This document shows positions 54,893 through 64,000 of a stretch of 64,000 nt of DNA, in pieces. The DNA is from Chrysomallon squamiferum (lineage: Eukaryota > Animalia > Mollusca): assembly GCA_012295275.1 (NCBI GenBank), contig CM022670.1:3968001-4032000 (forward strand), in the 5' to 3' direction. A program made the position numbers and the translations under genes. Position 1 is the first letter of the stretch. Each line of letters opens with the position of its first letter. The notes under the pieces are model-generated. The model searched no databases. It saw only the letters and a list, made by a program, of their open reading frames with translations, and had not been told where the DNA came from.

Positions 54893-55293
54893 ATATATTT
54901 ATCAAAATTTTTTTTTTTTTTGCTAACATTATGAAAAATGTTTCATTTGTTTCTTAACCCAGTCAGTATTTACGACTGAAACGAACATTTGCGAGATGAA
55001 TGATCTCACAAACAAAAATTAAGTTCTGGCAAATTAAGTTCTCGCTACTGATGAAATTTCAAATCAGCATTTCAATGTAGCCTGCTGAGTTGTTATTTCC
55101 ACATGTTTGAAATCATAATATTCCCACACAGCACAGGAACGAGGTGGGAAATATTAATTTTATTAGACTTCGTTACACGGAGTTCTTTCCCTTTAGCTTT
55201 TCAAACACCAAAAACGTAATCGTTACATGAAAGTTATTGCATCAGATTACAGTTACAATATATATTGACGACTTGTTCAATGTACAGTATCGA

Positions 55294-55365
55294 AGCAGAG
55301 TGGCGCAGTGGAAGCGTGCTGGGCCCATAACCCAGAGGTCCGTGGATCGAAACCACGCTCTGCTA
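55294..55365 (+). tRNA. tRNA-iMet-CAT: initiator tRNA-Met (CAT)
   Basis: Identical to the 1445 copy; TTTTTTT downstream. Confidence 0.98.
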
Positions 55366-58180
55366 AACTAATTTTTTTATATATATATACTCATTAATAC
55401 TATTTTTATTTTCGTAAAACTTTAGTAGGATATAATAATATAATGATTGAAATATTATCGAATTAGTTTGGATGTTACAAGCGAATACTAAATTTCATAT
55501 TAAATATCTGCTGAAGCTGTTATTATTATTTTGTAATTCCATACCAGGAAAAGTTTTGTGAAGTGTTTCTACATATCTATTAGTAGATTTATAGCACAAA
55601 AATTTAGCCTATGTCGTAGACTATTATACTTACGTTTGCAGTATACTTATAATTGCAGCATCTCTTTATGTGAATATGTTACAGGAAACAGGTATAAATC
55701 TCATTTTCTACTGACCTTTGGCCCTGAAATTTAAACTTCATTAGTTTCATAATACATACGGATTGCAGATAGTTTTAATATTTCATTTATTTATTTATTT
55801 ATTTATCATTTAATGAACCTAACAATAACTAATTATAACTGATAACACAGAGATATTTATTTATCCGGCTGGAAAGTACTTTAATAGGGTTAAAAGCGCC
55901 TTTATGTGTGTAGGTCCGTGTGTGTGGGGGTGTTTTATACCATTAGTTCGCTTTCATTGTTCGCCCTCTATTCCAGTCTATGTGACTAATATTCATAATA
56001 AGTTCCATTTTTATCTCCTTTTTTTTGCCCCCGCAAATCGAGTCACCCAACTGGTTTATATTTTTATTTGGTTGTTTTCTTTTCTATGTTACTGGTTCAT
56101 ACAAATATCGCATACTTCATGCACTGAAAAGGATCGTTGACCTCGGTGGAGTATAAAGACAGGTACATCAACACAAGCACCAAACAACAGCCAGTGAGAG
56201 CAGTGGTCCTGAACAGAACTGGTTACCCAGTAAAAATATATCTGTGTACCCGATGACGTTAGCAGACTGGTTGGGTACGTTCAGTGAAAAAAAGAAGAAA
56301 AAAAAAAAAGATAAAATGTCGCTGTGCTGCTGCATAGCTAATTTTCAATAAATACAGAAATAACTTCTTTAAGGTTGTTTAAGGTTCACCAAGGTCATGG
56401 GTGTAGCTATGGCTACACAAAAGAAAACTGAACACAAGAAGAAGAAGAAGAAGAAGAAGAAAAAAGCAAGAAAAGAAGGTGTCAGTTTATATCACTGAAA
56501 ATGATTCTCAAAAGTTTGTAAACAATTTTAAGGAATATTTTATTCCTGGTGTTACTGTCCTTGTTTATCCCTGAAAGACTGAATAATCATGTTGGTTAGA
56601 TTTTCAGTTTTTAAGTTAGAAAGCCAAGGATATTGTATGGTGTATCAATGATTCTCTCTCTCTCTCTCTCACAGATATTATTTATTATATATTTGGCTGT
56701 GGACTTTTCTACCCAGGATCAATCCCACTTAATGTCCCTTAAGTTGATTAGCTTTTCAGCCAGTTTCTTACAGATATATCAAAGGACATTCTTTAATTGC
56801 TAACTGATAACGAATAGCAATAGTAGCCTCAGTTTCCTAAACGGTGCAGACACAACTTATGTTATAAATATCGCGATTATCACTAACAAAACACGATGAC
56901 ATGCTTCCGACCTTTTATAAAAATGCACTGCAGTAGAGTCACAATAGAATCTTCCCTCTTCAAAATCATAATTATTTTATAAAAATGTTTGACTGGCATC
57001 TAGTAACAGGTAATATTAATCCTGTCGTAAGTATTGTTTTAATGCGTATTAACTGTTTTGTATTGTAAAAATCCTGTTATTAATCTTTCACAATTTATTC
57101 TGTTGTTGCAGTTGTAAAACGTGACAATTATTTCTCTCTAAACAATCTTTTGTCGACCGAATTAAAGTTTTATTAACTTCGGCTTAATCCTCGTAAGGTT
57201 TCACATGACATAATGGGTCATAAGTATTTTTCATTGTTATTTGATGATGCTTGTAATGTGCAATCACACGCAAAACTAACGTAAGTTGTTGTGTAAGATA
57301 CTGAATGACCCGTAACCATCATCAAATGAGTTGCAGAGTCAATATAGTCACAGGTGTAATCAGCTGGTTGGACTCCGAAAGCAGACGTGAATTTCGCGGG
57401 TTCCAAAGCATACAAGCAAACAGCTATCCTGTGTGCCAAAGCAGAAGTCATATTTATTATTATTATTAAAAGTTAGCAACAGCAGCAGCAGCAGTAGTAT
57501 TTATTTATTTATTACTTTTGTATTTATTTACTTTTGTCAAAAATAAATGTATGTGAATGTATAAATGAATTATTTCCATTTTTTTGGAAATATTTAATAA
57601 AATTATCTGTATTACTTTTTTAATTATATTATTTAATTATTTATTATTTTATTTTATTTTATTTTAACGGTTAAACTACTGTCTATAATTATTTAACATA
57701 AATCGGTTAATATTTGAACCGTTAAATTTTTTATTACAATTACATTACTATGTAAATCTTATTCATGTGCAAATTATAAATCTATCGCATGCAAATACCG
57801 GCAAAATTACTGATAAACAAACATGGCCGACGTTAATTTTGTAGGAATTGTTAGTACTGCAAGTTATGATCACGCTACATTTTTCAATCATGATCAAATT
57901 CAGAAGTGAAAAAAGAAAAGTAATTCATAGCAAACCTGACAAATATTCAGCTTTTCCAGCTTGCTTGCAAAATTAAGATAGTGCAATGAAGTTGCTGCGA
58001 AGATCATTTCTTTTTTAGGTCAGTGACGTAATTCCTGTCTCATTTCTCTTAATTACACATATTTTGTTTGTAAATTTTGAAAGTTATTTTTGTTTTTGTT
58101 TGCCACAATGTTTCTTTTCACAACAGTGAACGATAATTTATATGAACTGACCCAAAACTTTTACAGTTTCTTGGTTTGCC

Positions 58181-58243
<63 letters not shown>

Positions 58244-59000
58244 TAATTAATTTATTTATTTATTTATTTAATATAACATCGAGATTGTTAACAAAATTAT
58301 GCCAATGGAATATTATCTTTACAAAATCTGGTACTAGCTGTTGCCCGGTATAGCACACATATAGTGGAAGACAGAACGCAGTATTTAACGACTGTTCAAT
58401 CAACGGGCTTTGGGGTTTTTTTGTTGTTTTTTTCCTGAATATGGGAAGGAATACGTAAAATATATGTTGTTAATTTTTAAGAGTAACTACTGCAGTGGAT
58501 GCATCGGTTTCTATAAGAAAATCTAGATGACCAGTTGTTAATTAAAAAAATAATATTGTTTTCAGGAGTCATTAAACCAACGTTCATTCATTTAGTCTTT
58601 CATTCATACATCCAGCCATTTATCTATTCGTTCATTCATTCAGTTATACCTGAAAAACCTCTTCTAACGTTCATAAAGTAATAATTATTACGTACAGCAA
58701 CAAAGTATGCAGATATTTCAGCTTTTTCGCGTGGTATTGCATGTGTGTATTCACAGGTCTTCCGTTATCATGTCACGTAATACGATAAATTAAATGGTAT
58801 TTTGTTTAACCTTTTCGTGTTACGTGTGTCAGACAGTTTTTCAAAGACAGAACCAGTAAAAAGGACACACGTAATTTTTTTTTGGCTGTAAGTATAAACC
58901 TCGTTTGCAGTAAAGAATCTTTTAGGTTTATTTTCAAGAAAAGAAAACCTCATTATTTTTGATACATGAATCTACAGGTGAAATTGTAAGTAATTCATTT

Positions 59001-59076
59001 GATGTGCCGAGGATAATGAACCTGCGACATTCCTGACACAGATGAACGTTTTTCTACCAAGGTAAAATCCCGCCTC
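59001..59076 (-). mobile_element. Degenerate tRNA-derived SINE head
   Basis: Reverse complement GAGGCGGGATTTTACCTTGGTAGA...GTCGCAGGTTCATTATCCTCGG with decayed A-box and B-box spacing; no intact cloverleaf. Confidence 0.45.
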
Positions 59077-59273
59077 AGCGTGGAAGATTTTTTTAAAACA
59101 GTTTCTCATTAATTATGAAACAGGAAACTTGATGTTGTCGCAATGGTATTAGAACAGCTAACGAAAAAAAAAATATATATAACTGTTTGTGTGAACTGCG
59201 AAATTTCATACATTTTGTTAAAAATGTAATAATTCTATCTTTGCCGTTTACAGATATGCTGACACAGTGATTA

Positions 59274-59585
<312 letters not shown>

Positions 59586-60465
59586 GTATGTATATTTACG
59601 TAATAATATTTATTCTATTTTTTATTTCTTATATTTCTGACTATGAGCTCACCTATCAGGCTTTTTTGAGGTTTTAAAGATGTTTTTTTATTATTATTAT
59701 TATTTTTATTTTATTTTATTTGTTGATGTTTTTGTTGTTGTTGTTATGACACTGATTACGTTTGGCAGAGAATGTCAAATATAACTGCTCTGGAAATGTA
59801 TACCTTTTGGTGACATTTGTCATTAATGTTACCTGTAAACCTTTCTCTCTAGACATTTCTTTTATTTTTTATTTTTTTATTTTTTTTATTCGTCTGGTGA
59901 CGCTGTACAAATATTAAACACATGTGTAAATATTTCACATAACAAAAGAGTCTCACAAATAACAAACTTTTCAACAAACTTTCTTTTACAGGAAAAATGG
60001 ACCAGTAATACATTTTCCATTCGCCTCATTAAGACGAGTCCAAATGAGAATTCGCGAAGGGGTGTAAATGTTACAATGTCACTGTTGACCTTTCGTTAAA
60101 GTTTATTGTCTTTGGATATATGCACGGATACAACAAAAAAAAGTAAAACGGGACTTGGTTGTTGGAAGTCGCATTAATTCATCTAACGTGACGTATTCAA
60201 GTCGGCTGCTTTCAATGTTGTCTGCTCAACTTGGGCTGCGTCACCTGTCTACCCACACGAAATAGAGTTCACTCGCGCTGTCAAACAGGACGAGAAGGTT
60301 TTACAACTCCGCAGAGACTCGTAGCCGACTGGGATCAGTTCAGGAATGAATAAACATAAAAACATCTAGAAACAAAATTAAATCTTAAACAAAATACCTG
60401 ATTTAAATTTAAAATAATAATAATAAAGAAGATTAAAAAAAAAAAAAAAAGAAAGAAAAATAAAA

Positions 60466-60661
60466 ATGAGTGCAGGGAGCAACAGGTCCCCACCGATGGA
60501 AATGCAGAACATCAAAGAACCGGTGAAAAAGAAAAAAAGTGTAATTCATGAGAGAGAACAGTGGGGCAGAGCCATCGACTTTTTGCTGGCTTGCATCGGA
60601 TTTTCTGTCGGTCTAGGAAATGTGTGGAGATTTCCCTACCTGTGTTACAAAAATGGCGGAG
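60466..60661 (+). CDS. SLC6 transporter paralog (gene B), first coding exon; remainder beyond window
   Basis: [65 protein letters not shown]; 196 nt, donor G|GTAAGT at the same codon position and phase as gene A exon 1; no exon 2 (GAFLIPY) seen before 64000. Confidence 0.92.
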
Positions 60662-60740
60662 GTAAGTGCATTTTATTTATGAGTTATTATGTCTTTCCCA
60701 TCCCTATTTTTTTATAGTTTTTTATTTAATTTTTATTTTT

Positions 60741-60771
<31 letters not shown>

Positions 60772-61160
60772 CCTATGACGGTTGACAAATTATCCAGTTC
60801 AAGTTATATCAAGTCATCTAAAAGTATGAATTTTGTATTTTCCATTTTCATTTTCATTTTCATTTTCATTATTTTTCTTCTTTTGTTTGTAAAACTGCAA
60901 TAGTTTTCCAAACTTATTTCTTCGCAAATGCATATCACTGAATAATGGTTCTCAAGCTTTTGAAAGAGGAAAAATGTACGCCGGTATATAGATAGATAGA
61001 TAGATAGACAGCTAGATAATAAGTGGTGGAAAATATATTTTATTTAAAAAGCGAAAATATGTTTTAAAGAAAAGAAAAGAAATAATAATAATATTAATCA
61101 GAATTCGCAAACAAAAACAATGTTGTGTTTTTTGTTGTGATTGCTGTTTATATTTTAAAC

Positions 61161-61203
<43 letters not shown>

Positions 61204-62206
61204 CTCTAGCCTACTACTACCACCACCACTGCTATTACAAATAATGTTACTATTATTAAAATTAATATTTATGCTATCCCTAATAAAAGCGTCCCTGCTA
61301 GTACACTATTCACAACAAGGCTATCGCCAGTAAACACAGAGATGACTAAAATGCTTGTTCGCTGATTTCAGATTTGCTTTTGGACAATAAATAGATTTAC
61401 GGGATATAACATAAATCAACCCTTATCTTTTGTCTTAAAACTTCCTTCCTGAATAGCTACACAGAACAACCTATAACAGTAACGAACTTTAGAAATAAAA
61501 AATTAAAAAGTAAGATGAAGAGAAAAAAAAAAAACATCAATAAATAAAATGACAACAAATAACATATAAACATCTTATTACAACTGACATGTATGCATGT
61601 CTGAAATGCTGGACGGATGAATGGATGTGGATTTCTATACTTATTATGTGCATTTTTGTAAATAAGTCTGCATGCATGTAAGTAAATTTGTTTTGCTATG
61701 TCAAATATACGTGATTTAGTATAATATATTCCTGGGCATGTTTTGTGTTTTTTACGTACAATTATATGTGTGTGTGTTTTTATAATATCAGACACTCACT
61801 AACAACATGGTGACCTGGTTATGCAAAAAACTAGGTTATTCAGAACTGACTGTTATCATAAGATATCTCTAATCAGTCATTGCAAACAACAACAAAAAAA
61901 GATTTTAAAAACTCATTGTCTACGGATTAACAGTAATACAATTATTACGCACTGAGAAAAAATTATTTATAAATGTTCGCTGAAATAAAGAGCTGAAAAA
62001 AAACTCTCCTGAAAAGATGATATGTTTGAAAACAACAACAACAGCAACAACAAAAAGAATTGAGAAGAAAGAAGTCTGTCGTAAATGAAAGACATGGATT
62101 ACTGAATGCATTCAGTGTGGATCCACTCAAAACGTCAACAAACAACATAAAATTAATGATTTCTTTCTACACTGCAATAAAACTTTTTTATTTTCCTAAT
62201 TCTTCT

Positions 62207-62238
<32 letters not shown>

Positions 62239-64000
62239 TTTTAAATCTCAAGATTTATGACATAGCCTATCTATTTTTCTCATCTGAATAAAAACCTGCT
62301 GTAAATAAATTAACGCTGTATAATTATATGACGGTGTAAGGTAACACAACAAGGCTGTGTTTGTGTGACATAACCTGCATTACAGCAAGCGGCTGATAGA
62401 GTATAACTCTGACAGGCAGAACGGATCGTACACGTTCAAATACATCAGTAACCGAAGTCAGCCGGTCTCGAATTTCAGCAGCGAAATATTCATAGACACA
62501 CTGAAAAGAAAAGAAATGATAAAATAAAGAAAATTAGAACATTTTCAAGAAAAAGTTCTTTTACAGTCATAGTTATGCATCAGTTATTACTGAAAATTCG
62601 GGTGTGTTTTTTTTTTTTATTTTTTTGTAGTGATATATTTGTACGTATCCTTCGAGTATTATAAAGCACCTAATAAAGATCTGCAGACCTCAGAAAAAAT
62701 ATTTCACAAAGCCGACCTCTTTTGGTTTTGTCAAATAAAGGGCAGTTTTACCTCTTTGTGATGTCCTCACAAGCGATCTCATTTTACTCCTCTGAAATGA
62801 TCAACATCTCGCTATGGTTGGGAGAATCTAATCAGAACAAACCGTTGTTAAGCACGTTTGTCTAGTGAAAAAAAGCAAAAATCTAAAGCATATGCTCCTG
62901 ATGGTATTTGAGTTAGTTTGTTAGAGAGTTAATGAAATGAGAAGAGAAGCATAGTGGTCATATACTCCAATATTTAGTGATGAGAAGATGCCGGTATCAT
63001 TGAATTACTTAACCATAACGATGGTGGTATCTGGCTATCGGTGAATATTTGCATTGTAATTACATGTTATTTCGATACTGAAGTTGATTTACATTATACT
63101 CAAATGCTACTGAGAAAGATGTTTGCAATAATAAAAATACTGTCCCGCTTTTTGTATTAATAAAATAAAGGTTTTTTTGGAGGGAGGGGGGTTTGCAGCG
63201 TATTTTTGCAACCATAAAATGATAAATTGTTATTCAGATAAATTGTTAAAATAGGCTATCTATGTCTCGGCCAGTTTTTTTATTATTGTTGACCCAGCTT
63301 TTCCAAACCAGTCTATATTTATGATAAATTGATTTGACCTCGCTTAAGTGTTTTTTTTGAAAGCAGAAGAATTTTGGATTTATGCGTAAAGACATTTTTT
63401 ATATATATATATTTTTTTTTATTTTCTTTGTATACAGGTTTATATTTGTGTATAATAATAGATGTGTGCCTGTATAGCCATGGTTATCGTGGGAAGAATG
63501 AGGTATGATGCTGCATACATGTATGTATAGTCCTATGTCTACACAATAGAAATGTGTTTGTGTGTGTGTGTGTGTGTGTCTGTGTGTATGTCTGTGTGTG
63601 TGCGAGAGAAAGAAAGAGAGAGACGCAGAGAGAAAGAATGAGAAAGAGAGACGGAGGAAGAGAGAAATAAATGAGACAAATGGGGAGGGAGGGACAAATT
63701 GGAGAGAGGAAGGTGTGAAGAGAGGGAAGGGGGAGATAACAGCATACTTTCTGACTGTCTGACGTATTATATTATTAGCAAAGATTTGATCATAATAAAA
63801 CAGTAACCTTTTCGTATACAAAACGGTCAGGCTATACATTTGCACCTGGAAAAAAAGGTACGCTTAAACTAAGTTTTTACTAAATTTATATTTTTAAATC
63901 TGTTATTTTTGACAACCACATATCATCTGAGTAAATTGTGGATCGAATTTCTGTTGGTATTCTTCCACAGTGGGACTTCCTGCAGTGCCTTAAATTTCCT

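Overview
AT-rich, microsatellite-dense animal (eukaryotic) genomic DNA, most consistent with an invertebrate such as a mollusc (inference only). Main content: (1) a complete 13-coding-exon SLC6 Na+/Cl- dependent transporter gene of the GABA/taurine/creatine subfamily on the minus strand (ATG 29190, stop 6175; all introns GT-AG with consistent phases; 2043 nt, about 680 aa), closest in diagnostic motifs to the creatine transporter SLC6A8; (2) the first coding exon of a divergently oriented SLC6 paralog (60466-60661, +) whose remaining exons lie beyond the window; (3) five initiator tRNA-Met(CAT) genes, all on +, one just beyond the SLC6 3' end and four clustered at 50.7-55.4 kb; (4) a hAT-type MITE, SINE remnants, minisatellites and many microsatellites. 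Most intriguing: a shared upstream module (RGAGTTNYTTCCCTT box + ATTGCATCA, the ATF4/C-EBP amino-acid-response core, + TATA-like) in front of the tRNAi genes; a sharp CpG boundary at about 13.4 kb with a candidate internal in-frame first exon; a minisatellite that amplified a splice donor; a candidate poison microexon; and a CpG-rich promoter at 44.8-45.0 kb followed by a hairpin-dense candidate ncRNA exon. All regulatory interpretations are inferences from manual reading.
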